Shown: positions 40,999-57,337 of the stretch, in pieces
How the letters are laid out: every line of letters starts with the position of its first letter
How positions within the stretch are numbered: position 1 is the stretch's first letter
Origin: an uncultured Actinomycetota bacterium
GTDB lineage: Bacteria; Actinomycetota; Actinomycetes; Actinomycetales; Dermatophilaceae
DNA length: 64,000 nucleotides
NCBI GenBank assembly: GCA_963770005.1
Contig: CAVYNX010000014.1
Span: forward strand, 7,108 to 71,107
Direction: 5' to 3'
Notes under the pieces: generated by a model
The model's database searches: none
What the model was told of the DNA's origin: nothing
Seen by the model: only the letters and a program-made list of their open reading frames with translations
Translations under genes and position numbers: made by a program

Positions 40999-42936
40999 CG
41001 CAGCCCACCGTCCGCCTCACCGTCGGCCAGGCGGTCGTCCGCTTCCTCGCCGCCCAGTGGACCGAGCGCGACGGCGAGCGGCAGAAGCTGTTCGCCGGGT
41101 GCCTCGGCATCTTCGGCCACGGCAACGTCGCCGGCATCGGCCAGGCGCTGCTGGAGAACGAGCTGACCGCCGAGGGCGACGACCGCCTGCCCTACGTGCT
41201 GGCCCGCAACGAGCAGGCCATGGTCCACACCGCCGTCGGCTACGCGCGGCACAAGGACCGGCTCCAGACCTGGGTCTGCACCGCGTCGGTCGGGCCGGGC
41301 TCGACCAACATGCTCACCGGCGCGGCCCTGGCCACCATCAACCGGATCCCGGTGCTGCTGCTGCCGTCCGGCACCTTCGCGACGCGGGTGTCCGGTCCGG
41401 TGCTCCAGGAGCTCGAGCAGCCGTATGCCGGTGACCTCACCGTCAACGACGCGTTCCGCCCGCTGTCGCGGTTCTTCGACCGGGTGAACCGCCCCGAGCA
41501 GCTGCCGTCGGCCCTGCTCACCGCGATGCGGGTGCTGACCGACCCGGCCGAGACCGGCGCCGTCACGCTGGCGCTGCCGCAGGACGTGCAGGCGGAGGCC
41601 TTCGACTGGCCGGTCGAGCTGTTCGCGCCGCGGACCTGGCGCGTCTCCCGCGCCCAGGCCGACCCGGCCGACGTCGCCCTCGCCGCCGACCTCATCCGCT
41701 CGGCGAAGCGGCCGATGGTCGTCGCCGGCGGCGGCGTCCACTACGCCCAGGCGGAGGACGCGCTGCGGATCTTCTGCGAGCGCACCGGCATCCCCGTCGG
41801 CGAGACCCAGGCCGGCAAGGGCTCGCTCCCCCACGGACACCCGCAGGAGCTGGGCGCCGTCGGCTCGACCGGTACCACCGCGGCCAACGCCGTCGCGGCC
41901 GAGGCGGACGTCGTCATCGGCGTCGGCACCCGGTGGAGCGACTTCACCACGGCGTCGCGAACCGCGTTCCAGGACAACGGTGTTCGCTTCGTCAACGTCA
42001 ACGTCGCCCGGTTCGACGCCGCCAAGCAGGCCGGGCTGATGGTCGTGGGCGACGCGCGGGCCACCCTCACCGCGCTGACCGAGGCGCTCGACGGCTACAC
42101 GGTCGACGACGCCTACCGCGAGCGCCAGCAGAGTCTCTGGCGCGCCTGGGACGAGCAGGTCGAGGCGGCGTACCACCCGTCGGTGGAGGTCACCGACGCG
42201 CTCGCCGACGGGCTGCTCACGCAGGGCCAGGTGCTCGGCGCGGTCAACGAGCTCACCGACCCGCGCGACGTCGTGCTCTGCGCCGCCGGCTCGATGCCCG
42301 GCGACCTGCACCAGCTGTGGCGGGTGCGCGACCGCAAGGCGTACCACGTGGAGTACGGCTACTCCTGCATGGGCTACGAGATCCCGGCGGCGATCGGCAT
42401 CCGGCTGGCCGACGACACCCGCGACGTCTTCGCCATGGTCGGCGACGGCGGCTACCTGATGATGCCGACCGAGCTGGTCACGGCGGTGCAGGAGCGGGTC
42501 AAGGTGATCGTCGTCCTGGTGCAGAACTACGGGTTCCACTCGATCGGCTCGCTCTCGGAGTCCCTGGGCTCGCAACGGTTCGGTACGCGGTACCGCGCCC
42601 GGACCGACGACGGCCGGCTGGACGGCGAGCTGCTGCGCGTCGACCTCGCCGCCAACGCCCGCAGCCTGGGCGCCCACGTCATCGAGGTGCACTCCGCGGC
42701 GGAGCTCGAGCAGGCGATCAAGGACGCCAAGGCGGCGCCGGCCGACGGCGGCCCGGTCGTCATCCACGTCGAGACCGACCCGTTCGTCTCCGGGCCCGGA
42801 CAACGGCGCGTGGTGGGACGTCCCGGTCAGCGAGGTCTCGGCCCTGGACTCGACGCAGCACGCCTACGCCGCCTACGTGGAGCACAAGCGGGCCCAGCGC
42901 CCGCTGGTCGGGCCGGCCGGCGGGGAACCGGCGTGA
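40995..42936 (+). CDS. iolD: Trihydroxycyclohexane-1,2-dione acylhydrolase, frameshift near 42795
   Basis: [33 protein letters not shown], tail WWDVPV in another frame. Confidence 0.95.
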
Positions 42937-43951
42937 CCGCCGACCTGCTCCGGGTCGGCATCCTCGGCGTCGGGCGGATGGGCGCCGACCACGCCGAGCG
43001 GGTCGTCCGACGGGTCAGCGGCGCTCGGCTGGTCGCGGTCTCCGACCCGGCCACCGACCGGGCGCAGGAGCTGGCCGCGTCGTTGGACGGGGTGCGGGCC
43101 GTCGACGACGGGCTGGCGCTCATCGCCGACGACGAGGTCGACGCCGTCATCATCGCGTCGCCGGGCTTCGCCCACGAGGAGCAGGTGCTCGCGGCCATCG
43201 AGGCCGGTACACCCGGTGCTGTGCGAGAAGCCGCTGACGATGGACAGTGCCTCCTCGCTGCGGCTGGTGGAGACCGAGGCCAAGGCCGGCCGGCCGCTCG
43301 TCCAGGTCGGGCTTCATGCGGCGGTTCGACCCCGAGTACGCGGAGCTGAAGCGGCTGCTCGACTCCGGGTCGCTCGGCCGCACCGTCATGGTGCACAACG
43401 TCCACCGCAACAAGGACACCCCGCCGGGCTTCGTCTCGGAGATGATCGTCCGCGACTCGCTGGTCCACGAGGTCGACGTGACGCGGTGGCTGTTCGGCGA
43501 GGAGATCACCCAGATCCAGGTGCTGTCGCCGACGCCCACGAGCGCGGCGGCCGAGGGGGTCAGGGACCCCCAGCTGGCCATCTTCACGATGGCCGGCGGC
43601 GGTCTGGCGACCACCGAGGTGTTCGTCAACACCGGGGTCGGCTACGAGGTGCGCTGCGAGGCGGTCGCCGAGCGCGGGAACGCGACCATCGGCCTGGGGT
43701 CGGGACCGCTGCTGCGCCAGGCCAACCACGCCGGCACCCACATCCCGGAGGACTTCCGCGACCGGTTCGCGACGGCATACGACCTCGAGGTGCAAGCCTG
43801 GGTCGACGCCTGCCGGCGCGGCGAGGTGGTCGGCCCCACCACCTGGGACGGCTACGCCGCCGCCGTCGTCTGCACCGCCGGTGTCGAGTCGCTCGCCACC
43901 GGCCGTCCCGTGACCGTCGAGCTCGCGCCGCGCCCCACTTCTGCCGCCTGA
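42933..43951 (+). CDS. Gfo/Idh/MocA inositol dehydrogenase, frameshifts
   Basis: [39 protein letters not shown]. Confidence 0.85.
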
Positions 43952-43988
43952 ACCCCCGCCGTCTGAACCCGTAACCGAAGGAACCGTC

Positions 43989-45497
<1,509 letters not shown>

Positions 45498-45504
45498 CGC
45501 GCGG

Positions 45505-46563
45505 ATGACCTCGTTCCCGTCCGCGCTGCCGCGGGCGCGGACGCCGGACCCGATGGACGCCCCACCACTGCGGTGGGGCGTCCTCGGCACCGGCTGGATC
45601 GCGGGTCGGTTCTGCGCCGCCCTCCGCGCCTCGACCCGGCAGCAGGTGTATGCCGTCGGGCTCGCGGTCCTCGGCCAGCGCCGAGCGGTTCGCGGACCGC
45701 GGTGGGTGCGGAGCGCGCGTACGGCTCGTACGAGCAGCTGGTGGCGGACCCGGCCGTCGACGTCGTCTACGTGGCCACCCCGCACAACCACCACCACCCG
45801 CACGCGCGGCTGGCGCTGGAGGCCGGACGGCACGTCGTCGTCGAGAAGCCGATGGCGGTCAGCGCGGCGGAGGCCCGTGACCTCGCCCGGCTGGCGGCGT
45901 CGCGAGGCCTGTTCCTCATGGAGGCGCTCTGGACGTTCTTCCTGCCCAAGCTCGACGTGGTCCGCCAGCTCGTCGACGACGGGGTGCTCGGCACACCGCA
46001 CTCGGTCGTCGCCGACATCGGCGAGCACTTCACCGCCGACCACCGGATCATGCGGGCGGACCTCGCCGGCGGTCCGATGAACGACCTGATGACCTACCCC
46101 GCGTCGCTCGCGACGTGGGTGCTCGGGGCGCCCAGCGACGTGGCCGCCGTCTCGACGGTCGCGCCGGACCACCTCAGCCCGAGCGGCGTGGACGGCCAGG
46201 TCGCCGCGGTACTGCGAACGCCGGCCGGCGGCGTGGCGTCGCTGACCGCCAGCGTCCTCGGCGACCTGCCGACGACGGCCTCGGTCGTCGGTTCGGAGGC
46301 GACGCTGCTCCTGGACCGGTACTTCTACCGGCCGGGCGGCTTCACCCTGCTCGGCCACGACGGTCGGGCGCTGCGGTACGACGAGGAGGGCGTCGACCAC
46401 GCCGCGCTGTTCTGGCAGGCCGCCGAGGTCGGCGCGCCGGATCACCGCGGGCGAGACCGAGTCGCCGCTCCGGACCCCGGCCGACACCGTCGGCACGCTC
46501 GAGGTGATGGACGCGATCCGCGCCGCCGCTCAGCGTTCGTCGACGACCATGTCGAGGGCGTAG
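45505..46563 (+). CDS. Gfo/Idh/MocA oxidoreductase, frameshifts
   Basis: LRWGVLGTGWIA, VYVATPHNHH, VEKPM, MEALWT, LAGGPMND. End approximate. Confidence 0.8.
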
Positions 46564-47276
46564 TCCTCGGCCCGGTAGCTGTGGTCGCCGAACTCGACCG
46601 CCTTGCCGGCCACGTCGAACGCCATCCGCGTCATCGTCAGCACCGGCTGGCCGCCGCGCAGCCGGAGGTGCCGCCGCTCGGCCGGCGTCGGCATCCGGGC
46701 GCCGATGCTCTGGCGCGCCACCACCGGCTTCGCGCCGCGGGTCCGCAGCGCGTCGTACAGGCCGGACGCCTCGAGCTCGGCCCGGCTGATGTCGACGTAG
46801 CTGGGCGGCAGCCAGTTGCGCATCAGCGCCAGCGGCTGGTCCTCGACGAGCCGCAGCCGGGTGATGGCCAGCAGCTCCGACGCCTCGTCGAGGTCGAGGG
46901 CGGCCGCGGCGCGCGCGTCACGCACGATGTCGAGGTCGACGACGACGGTGTGCGGCGACCGGCCGGCGCGCTTGAGGTCGTCGTAGAGGCTGGACAGCTC
47001 GAACCGCCGGTGCACCTTGCGGTTCGCCACGGTGGTGCCCACGCCGCGACGGCGGACCAGCAGGCCCTGGTCGACCATCTCCTGGATCGCGCGCCGGACC
47101 GTCGGCCGCGACAGCCCCAGGCGCTCGCACATCGCCATCTCGTTCTCGAACGCGTCACCCGGTTCGAGCCGGCCGTCCATCACCGCAGCGCTCAGCTGCT
47201 CCGAGAGCTGGTGGTAGAGCGGGACCGGCGAGCTGCGGTCGATCCGCAGGTCGACCGGCACAGCGGCGGCGGACAT
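46530..47276 (-). CDS. iolR: GntR/HutC-family regulator (IolR-like)
   Basis: SPVPLYHQL, LSRPTVRRA, RRRGVGT, UTRA domain; adjacent to the iol genes. Confidence 0.8.
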   Translation of the reverse strand: MSAAAVPVDLRIDRSSPVPLYHQLSEQLSAAVMDGRLEPGDAFENEMAMCERLGLSRPTVRRAIQEMVDQGLLVRRRGVGTTVANRKVHRRFELSSLYDDLKRAGRSPHTVVVDLDIVRDARAAAALDLDEASELLAITRLRLVEDQPLALMRNWLPPSYVDISRAELEASGLYDALRTRGAKPVVARQSIGARMPTPAERRHLRLRGGQPVLTMTRMAFDVAGKAVEFGDHSYRAEDYALDMVVDER

Positions 47277-47314
47277 GGTCCGACCCTAACGACAAACCGG
47301 ACGTGACGTGAGAA

Positions 47315-47324
47315 TGTCAGGACA
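47315..47324 (-). promoter_or_regulatory. Second IolR-type operator upstream of iolR
   Basis: Minus strand TGTCCTGACA fits KGWCHTRACA; TAGGGT -10 box lies 6 nt before the ATG. Confidence 0.65.
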
Positions 47325-48571
47325 TCATTTCGCGAGCGCTCGTTCACACCTCGTGACGTCGGGACAGCACCGTGCCGACGGCGACGACGACCCCGAGCAG
47401 GGCCGCGACGACCAGCGCCGAAGACCAGCGGGTCGCGAGGGCCGACGAGGCCGAGCGCCAGCATCAGCGGGACGGCCAGGCCCGGGCCACCGCAGCGCCC
47501 GCAGCACTCGCCGCTCGGTGCCACCGAGGATGAAGGCGGTGCCGGCGAGGAACACCGCCAGCCCGCCGACGACCAGCCAGCCACCCGGCGACGGCAGGTG
47601 CTCGTGCGGATGGATGATCAGCTCCTCGAACCCGACCCCCGCCGCCAGCAGCCCACCGGTCACCGGCAGGTGCCCGTAGATGAAGAGGTCGTGCCGCTCG
47701 TCCACCTTCTCGACCTCGTCCCCGTCAGCGTCACCGCCGGACCGGGCCTCCTCCCGCTCCGCGGCCTCCTCGGCGCGCTGCAGCGCGTTGGTGCTGACCC
47801 GCTCGCTGACGTCGAAGTACGCCCACCACGCGCCCACCGCGACGAGGAACGCCGTCCCGGCGATGAGCGGCGGCGGCGGGGTCCCAGTTCGTGTCGTGCA
47901 GACCGGCGACGACGGCGGCCGCGACCTCGCCGAGGACGAGGATGACGAGCAGCCCGAACCGCTCCGGCAGGTGCTCGAGATGCAGGGGGGCGGTCCGCGA
48001 CCGGCGGGTCGCGAGGATCGGCGCCGCGATGTCGACGACCGCCCCGGCTCCCCACAGGACGAAGCGCCACGGCGCCGGCGTCGCGAGGGACACCGCCCAG
48101 AGGACGGCGACGACCGACGACGCCGCGAGGTAGACGGCGATGGTGTCGCGGGCCTCGTGCACGTGCCGCCAGGCGCGCGCATACAGGAGCACGAGCACCA
48201 CCCGGCCGGCGAGGTAGCTGCCCGCGAACGGGGTCGAGAGCGAGGCCGGTGGCCTCGCCCATGCTCGCCGCGCAGCCCAGCACGGCGGCCATGGCGGCGA
48301 ACTTCCCGAACCGCAGCAGGATGTCGTCGGTGTCGAACCGGTTGTTGTACAACGTGAACTGGACCCACGACAGCCAGACCAGGACGAGCAGGAAGGCGAA
48401 CTCGCCCACCCCGCCCCAGTCGGCGTCGACGACGAGGTTGGCGGCGAGCGCCGCGACGGCCAGCACGTAGGCGAGGTCGAAGAACAGCTCGAGCCGGGTC
48501 GCCCCGCGGGTCTCGTCGCTGCGCAGGGCCGGCGGTCGGACGAGCGGGACCGCCCGGGGGTCGCTACTCAT
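47325..48571 (-). CDS. ltrA: Low temperature requirement protein A family, frameshifts
   Basis: [37 protein letters not shown]. End approximate. Confidence 0.85.
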
Positions 48572-48628
48572 GGGCGGCCACCGGGCAACGGTGCCACAGC
48601 GGACCCCGGGTCGGCGCGGTGGCAGCCC

Positions 48629-51025
<2,397 letters not shown>

Positions 51026-51029
<4 letters not shown>

Positions 51030-51914
51030 GAGCCCGCTCCTTTGGGTGCCGCTGCGCCGGCCCGCGTGGGCCGCCTGCAGGGTCTGGACGATCAGGGTGG
51101 ACATCTCCTCGACCGACTTGGTCGTCGAGTTGATGACCGGAAGCCGGTTGGCCGCATACATCGCCTCGGCCCGCCGCAGCTCGTACGTGCACTGCTCGAG
51201 CGAGGCGTACCGCGAGTTCGGGCGGCGCTGCTGGCGCACCTCGGACAGCCGCCCCGGCGTCGCGACCAGCCCGACGACCCGGTCCTTCAGGTGCCGGATC
51301 GGCCGCGGCAGGTCCGTGGTCTCGAGGTCCTCCTCGACCAGCGGGTAGTTCGCGACGAACAGCCCGTGCTGCAGGGCGAGGTACATCGTCGTCGGCGTCT
51401 TCCCGCAGCGCGACGGCGCGATGAGGACGACCTCCGCCTTGTCCATCGCCCGCAGGCTCTGACCGTCGTCGTGCTCGATCGAGTACTCGATGGCCGCCAT
51501 CCGCGCGTTGTAGCGCTGCACGTCGCCGACGCCGTGCAGCTGGGCCGCGACCCGCGCGGCGGGGACGCCGAAGACCGACTCCACCCGCGAGATGTGCAGC
51601 TCGAAGAAGTCGATCATCGGGCACTTGGTGGTGTGCAGGACCTCGCGGATCTCGTCGGTCGCCGCCGTGGTGAAGGCGATCGGCGTGACCGGTCCCTCCG
51701 CGGCCCGGTCGAGCACCTCGACGACCCGGCGGGCCTCGTCCGGCGTGGAGATGAACGGGATCAGCCGTCGATCGAACCGGAGCTGCGGGAACTGGATGAG
51801 CAGCGCGTTGCCCATCGTCTCCGCGCTGATCCCCGTGCTGTCCGAGAGGAAGAACACCGGCGTCGCCGACGTGTCACGCCCGAGGTCAGCGGCGGCCGCG
51901 CCGGCGGAGGTCAT
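51026..51914 (-). CDS. ppsR: PEP synthase regulatory protein (kinase/pyrophosphorylase, DUF299)
   Basis: FFLSDSTGISAET, EHDDG, SRCGKTPT, ANYPL, RRPNSRYAS, SVEEM. As assembled it reads in frame into ppsA. Confidence 0.9.
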
Positions 51915-51992
51915 GCCAGCAGACCGTATGCGCGGTCGCCGGTCTGCGACGGCGGCCGGTTCCGCTGGGCGGAAGCGACCTCGATCACAGGG

Positions 51993-53415
51993 TCAGGAGA
52001 CACGGGCGAGCACCTCCCGGTGGGTCGACGTCGACGGTGGGGCAATGGCCGACGCTACCGCCGGAGCCACGCGCGGGTCGAACACGCTCGGGATGACGTA
52101 GGTGGCGGAGCGCTGCGCCGGGTCGACGACGGCGGCCAGGGCGTCCGCCGCGGCGAGCAGCATCGTGTCGGTCACCTCGGTGGCGCCGGAGTCGAGGAGC
52201 CCCCGGAACACCCCCGGGAAGGCCAGGACGTTGTTGATCTGGTTCGGGTGGTCCGAGCGACCGGTGGCGACGACCGACGCATACCGGAGGGCGAGGAGCG
52301 GGTTCGACCTCGGGCTCGGGGTTGGCGAGGGCGAAGACGATCGGCCGCTCGGCCATCGACGGCGAGGTGCGCCTCGGTGAGGATCCCCGGGGCGGAGACG
52401 CCGATGAAGACGTCGGCACCCGGCATGGCCTCGGTCGAGCCCGCCGGTGCGACCGGCCCGGTTGGTCGTCGCGGCGATCGCGGCGAGGTTGGCGTCCAGA
52501 CCCGGGCGGCCGGGATGGACGATCCCGTCGACGTCGACCGCGACGATGTCACCGGGGCCGCGGTGCTGCAGCAGCCGGATGATCGCGCTGCCCGCCGCCC
52601 CGACCCCGGAGACGACGACGCGGCAGTCGGCGAGGTCCTTGCCGACGACCGCGAGGGCGTTGCGGAGGGCGGCGAGGACGCAGATGGCCGTGCCGTGCTG
52701 GTCGTCGTGGAAGACGGGGATGTCCAGCTCGTCGCGCAGCCGCCGCTCGATCTCGAAGCACCGGGCGCCGAGATGTCCTCGAGGTTGATCCCGCCGTAGA
52801 CCGGCGCGATGAGCTTGACGGTGCGGATGATCTCCTCGGTGTCGGTGGTGTCGAGGCACACCGGCCACGCGTCGACCCCGGCGAACGCCTTGAACAGCGC
52901 CGCCTTGCCCTCCATCACCGGCAGCGCGGCGATACGGGCCGATGTCACCCAGCCCGAGGACCGCGGACCCGTCGGTGACGACGGCGACGGTGTTGCGCTT
53001 GATGGTGAGCCGCCGGGCGTTCTCCGGGGTGCGCCGCGATGTCGAGGCAGACCCGGGCGACGCCGGGGGTGTAGGCCCGCGACAGGTCGTCGCGGTGCCG
53101 GAGCGGGACCTTCGGCGTCACCTCGATCTTGCCGCCGAGGTGGATGAGGAAGGTCCGGTCCGACACCTTGCCGACGGTGACACCGGGGAGCCGGCCGACC
53201 GCGTCGCCGATGGCGGCGGCGTGGTCGGCCGACCCCGCGTTGGTCGTGAGGTCGACGGTCATCCGGTCGGCGACCGACTCGACGACGTCGAAGGCGGTGA
53301 CCACCCCACCGCAGCCGCCGACCGCACCGGTGAGGTCGGCGGCAGCGGTGGGGGTGGCCGGGGTCTCGACCCGCATCGTGACCGAGTACCCCGGCCCCGG
53401 GAGGTGCGTGGTCAC
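51993..53415 (-). CDS. NAD(P)-dependent malic enzyme with N-terminal ACT-like domain, frameshifts
   Basis: HLGGKIE, AYTPGVA, MEGKAALFK, INLEDI, FHDDQHGTA, GVGAAG, NQINNVLAFPG. Confidence 0.9.
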
Positions 53416-54846
53416 GCCCGCGTCAGCTCCTCGCGCCTGGCGGCGGCGTCGGCCTTGGCGTCGGCCCGCACGTCGGACGCGTCGCCGGGCTCGGTCAGAG
53501 CGTGCTCGTGCTCGTCGAGCATGTCCGTCCTCGTTGAACGGTTCGCGGCCGCTGAGGACCTCCTCCATCCGCTCCTTGTCGACGGTCTTGGTCCAGCAGC
53601 CGACGAGGACGGTGGCGACGGCGTTGCCGGAGAAGTTCGTGACGGCGCGCGCCTCGGACATGAACCGGTCGATGCCGACGATGAGTCCGACGCCGTCGAG
53701 CAGCTCGGGACGGTGGCTCTGCAGGCCACCGGCCAGCGTGGCCAGGCCGGCACCGCTGACGCCCGCCGCGCCCTTGCTCGCGATGATCATGAACAGCAGC
53801 AACGAGATCTGCTCGGGGATCGACAGCGGGTCGCCGAGGGCGCCGGCGATGAACAGCGACGCCATGGTCAGGTAGATCGCGGTGCCGTCGAGGTTGAACG
53901 AGTAGCCGGTCGGGACGACGACGCCGACGGTGCTGCGGTCGACGCCGAGGTGGTCCATCTTGGCGATGAGCCGCGGCAGGGCCGACTCGGAGGACGAGGT
54001 GGCGAAGATCAGCAGGTACTCGCGGGCGAGGTAGCGCACCAGCCGGAAGATCGAGACGTTGGCGACGGCCTTGAGCAGCCCGCCGAGGATGCCGAACACG
54101 AAGATGAGGCAGGTCAGGTAGAACGCGACCATCAGGGTGAACAGCTGGGTCACCGCGGCCCAGCCGGTCTGGCCGACGACACTGGCGATCGCGCCGAACG
54201 CGCCGATCGGGGCCAGCCACAGGATCATCGTGAGGACCTTGAAGACGAGGCGCTGCAGGCTCGCGACACCGCGCAGGATCGGCTCACCGGCCGGGCCCAT
54301 CATCTGGACCGCGAAGCCGACGAGCAGGGCGACGAACAGCGTCTGGAGCACGTTGCCGCTGGTCAGCGAGGAGAGCAGCGGTCGTCGGGATGATGCCCTG
54401 GAAGAACTCGGAGAGGCCGCCGGCCTTCTCCGCCGTGTCGGCCAGCTTGGCGGCCGAGTCGGCGGTGGACGGCGAGATGTTGAGGCCGCTGCCGGGGTGG
54501 ATGAGGTTGCCGACGACGAGCCCGATCGCGAGGGCGACGGTCGACATGATGAGGAAGTAGACGAAGGCGAGGCCGCCGACCCGGCCGACCGTGGCGGCCT
54601 TCCGGACCGAGCCGATGCCGAGGACGATCGTGCAGAAGATGACCGGCGTGATCATCATCTTGATCAGGCTGACGAACATCGTGCCGAGGATGCCGACGCT
54701 CTTGCCGGCGTCCGGGGCGACGAGGCCGAGGACCACGCCTCCCACCACCGCCACGATGACGGCGATGTAGAGCCAGTGCGTCCGGTCGCGCTTTTGCGGG
54801 CGGGCGGCGGTGTTCGGTGGTTGCGCCGGTGGTGCGGTGAGGACAT
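53412..54846 (-). CDS. dctA: C4-dicarboxylate:cation symporter, frameshifts
   Basis: LIKMMITPVIF, TSSSESALP, GYSFNLDGT, SKGAAGVSG, IDRFMSEAR. Confidence 0.9.
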
Positions 54847-54918
54847 CGTTGCTCCTTCGGATGCGTCGTTGCGGTCCGAGGGGATCGTGTCGGGCAGCGC
54901 ATAGCCTGGGTCACCATT

Positions 54919-54951
54919 GAGTGCATTTCGTTCACCGAGTGCATTGTTCAC
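54919..54951. promoter_or_regulatory. Direct repeat, candidate response-regulator site between dctA and the TCS
   Basis: GAGTGCATT(tc)GTTCAC twice, 18 bp apart, in an AT-richer divergent intergenic region. Confidence 0.55.
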
Positions 54952-54979
54952 GTGCGCCACCGAACGGCAAGGAGGCGTC

Positions 54980-56629
54980 GTGGCCCGGCACGTTCCGCGT
55001 TCGCTGGCGGGTCAGGCGGCGGCCCTGATGTTCGTCATCGTGCTCGTCATCGTCGTGCTGGGCGGCGCGCTGGCGGCGGTGGACGCCCGGCGTGACGGCG
55101 ACGACGCGGCGCGCGAGCGGGTGGTGGCCATCGCGTCGTCGCTGGCCGCGGCGCCCTCGACGGCCGACGGCGCTCCAGTCCGGCCGAACCGACCGCGGCC
55201 CTCCAGCCGGTCACCGAGCGGGTCCGCCACGACACCCAGATCGCCTTCATCACGATCATGTCGCCCGACGGCACGCGCTACACGCATACCGACCCGTCGC
55301 TGATCGGCCAGAAGTACCTCGGCACCACCGAGCCCGCATTGCGCGGCGAGACGTTCACCGAGGTCTTCACCGGCACGCTCGGCCCGTCGATCCGGGCGGT
55401 GGCGCCGGTGTATGCGTCGGACGGCCGGATCGTCGGGCTGGTCTCCGCGGGCATCACGCAGCAGACGCTGGCCGAGAACTGGTATGCGCAGCTGCCGCTG
55501 ATCCTGCTGGTGGCGGCGACCACGGTGGTCGCCGCCGTCGTCGGGATGTGGCTGGTCCGCCGGCGCCTGCTCCGCCAGACCGGCGGGCTGTCGCCGCGGG
55601 ACCTGCGGGTGATGTACGAGCACCACGACGCGGTGCTGCACTCCATCTCCGAGGGGCTCGTCGTCGTCGAGAACGACCGCGCCGTCCTCATCAACGACGA
55701 GGCCCGGCGGCTGCTCGGGGTCTCCGGCGAGGTGCCGATCGACATGCGGTCGCTGCCCGGGTTCCTCGCGCGACGGCGGACGGCAGGCGCTGACGGCCGG
55801 GGACGGGTCGGCGGTGGCGACGCGGACGAGCCGGCCGTCAGGGACGAGGTCCGGGTGACCAGCGACCGCGTGCTCGTCGTCAACCGGGCACCGGTCGCCG
55901 ATGGGGCAGCGAGGCGTCGCCGACGTGGTGACCATCCGCGACCGCACCGAGCTGCAGGGCGCGCTGGGCGAGCTGGACTCGATGAAGGTGTTCGCCGAGT
56001 CGCTGCGGTCGCAGGCCCACGAGGCGGCCAACCGGCTGCACACCATCGTGGCGCTCGTCGAGATGGGCCGCGGCGACGAGGCGGTCCGGTTCGCCACCAA
56101 CGAGCTGGAGCTGTCGCAGCGGCTGGTCGACCGGCTCACCGCCGCCGTCCACGAGCCCGCCCTCGTCGCGCTGCTGCTGGGCAAGTCGGCGCAGGCCGCC
56201 GAGCGCGGCATCGCGCTGACGGTCACCGACGACACCCAGCTCGGGGTCGGCGACGGCGAGCGCGAGGGCACGGCGCTGCTGACGCCCACGGAGATGGTGA
56301 CCGTCGTCGGCAACCTCGTCGACAACGCCCTGGACGCCTGCGACAAGGACGACCCCTGGGTCGAGGTGACCGTGCGCCAGGACGAGGCGGCGCTGCGGGT
56401 CGTCGTCGCGGACAGCGGGCCGGGCATGGACGAGGCGACCTTCCAGCAGGCGCGGCGCCGCGGCTACTCGACCAAGGAGGGCGGCGCGGAGGGCCGGCGC
56501 GGGCTCGGCCTGGCGCTGGTGTCGCAGGTCGTCGAGCGTCACCGTGGCCGGCTGACCGCCGAGATGACCTACGGCTCGGTCGTGTCGGTCACCATCGAGC
56601 GGGCCGCGACCGGCGGGCCGCACCCGTGA
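54980..56629 (+). CDS. CitA/DcuS-type sensor histidine kinase, frameshifts
   Basis: sCache-type RYTH and GTLGPS, PAS region, LRSQAHEAANRLH, GNLVDNA, DSGPG, GYSTK, GLGL. Confidence 0.9.
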
Positions 56630-57318
56630 TCCGGGTCCTCGTCGTCGAGGACGAGCCGCTCATCGCCGAGGCGCACCAGGTCTACCTCGAGCGCGTCGGC
56701 GGGTACGAGGTGGTGGCCGTGGTCGGCACCGCGCGGGAGGCGGTCCGCCAGGTGACCGGCGCGATCGCCGCCGGGCACCCGATCGACCTCGTCCTGCTGG
56801 ACATCGGGCTTCCCGACCACAGCGGCATCCAGCTCGCGTCGACCCTGTCCGGGGTCAGCCCGACGCCCGACATCATCGCCATCACCAGCGAGCGCGACCT
56901 GGCGGTGGTCCGGTCGGCGGTCGCGCACGGGGTGCTCATCTACCTGCTGAAGCCGTTCACCTTCGGCGCGTTCCGCGACAAGCTCGAGCGCTACCAGCGG
57001 TACCGCGACGCCCTGGACGGTGGCGGCGACGCCGTCAGCCAGCGCGACGTCGACCAGGCGATGGCCGAGCTGCGTGCCGTCGAGACCCGCGGCGCGACGG
57101 CGAAGGGCGTGGCGCCGGAGACGACCGACGAGATCGCCCGCCTCGTCCGGGACGCCGACGCAGGGCTGTCCGCGACCGAGGTGGCGTCGACCCTCGGTGT
57201 GTCCCGGGTGACCGCCTGGCGCTACCTCGAGCGGCTCGCCGACGACAACGTCGTGACCCGGACCAGCGACTACGGGCGGGCGGGGCGGCCGCAGGTGCGG
57301 TACCGGTGGCGCCGCTGA
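56626..57318 (+). CDS. CitB/DcuR-type response regulator
   Basis: VLVVEDEP, LLDIGLPD, YLLKPF, SRVTAWRYLE, YGRAGRP. Confidence 0.9.
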   Translation: MIRVLVVEDEPLIAEAHQVYLERVGGYEVVAVVGTAREAVRQVTGAIAAGHPIDLVLLDIGLPDHSGIQLASTLSGVSPTPDIIAITSERDLAVVRSAVAHGVLIYLLKPFTFGAFRDKLERYQRYRDALDGGGDAVSQRDVDQAMAELRAVETRGATAKGVAPETTDEIARLVRDADAGLSATEVASTLGVSRVTAWRYLERLADDNVVTRTSDYGRAGRPQVRYRWRR

Positions 57319-57337
57319 GCCGCCGCTGAGCCGCCGC

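Noticed and set aside
40995-43349. Apparent fusions iolD-idh, iolG-iolC, cobU-cobS, ABC ATPase-permease, dctA-malic enzyme
   Set aside because: Each has a frameshift shortly before an ATGA/GTGA overlap, and the proper C-terminus is visible in another frame. Consistent with indel errors, not fusions or programmed frameshifting.
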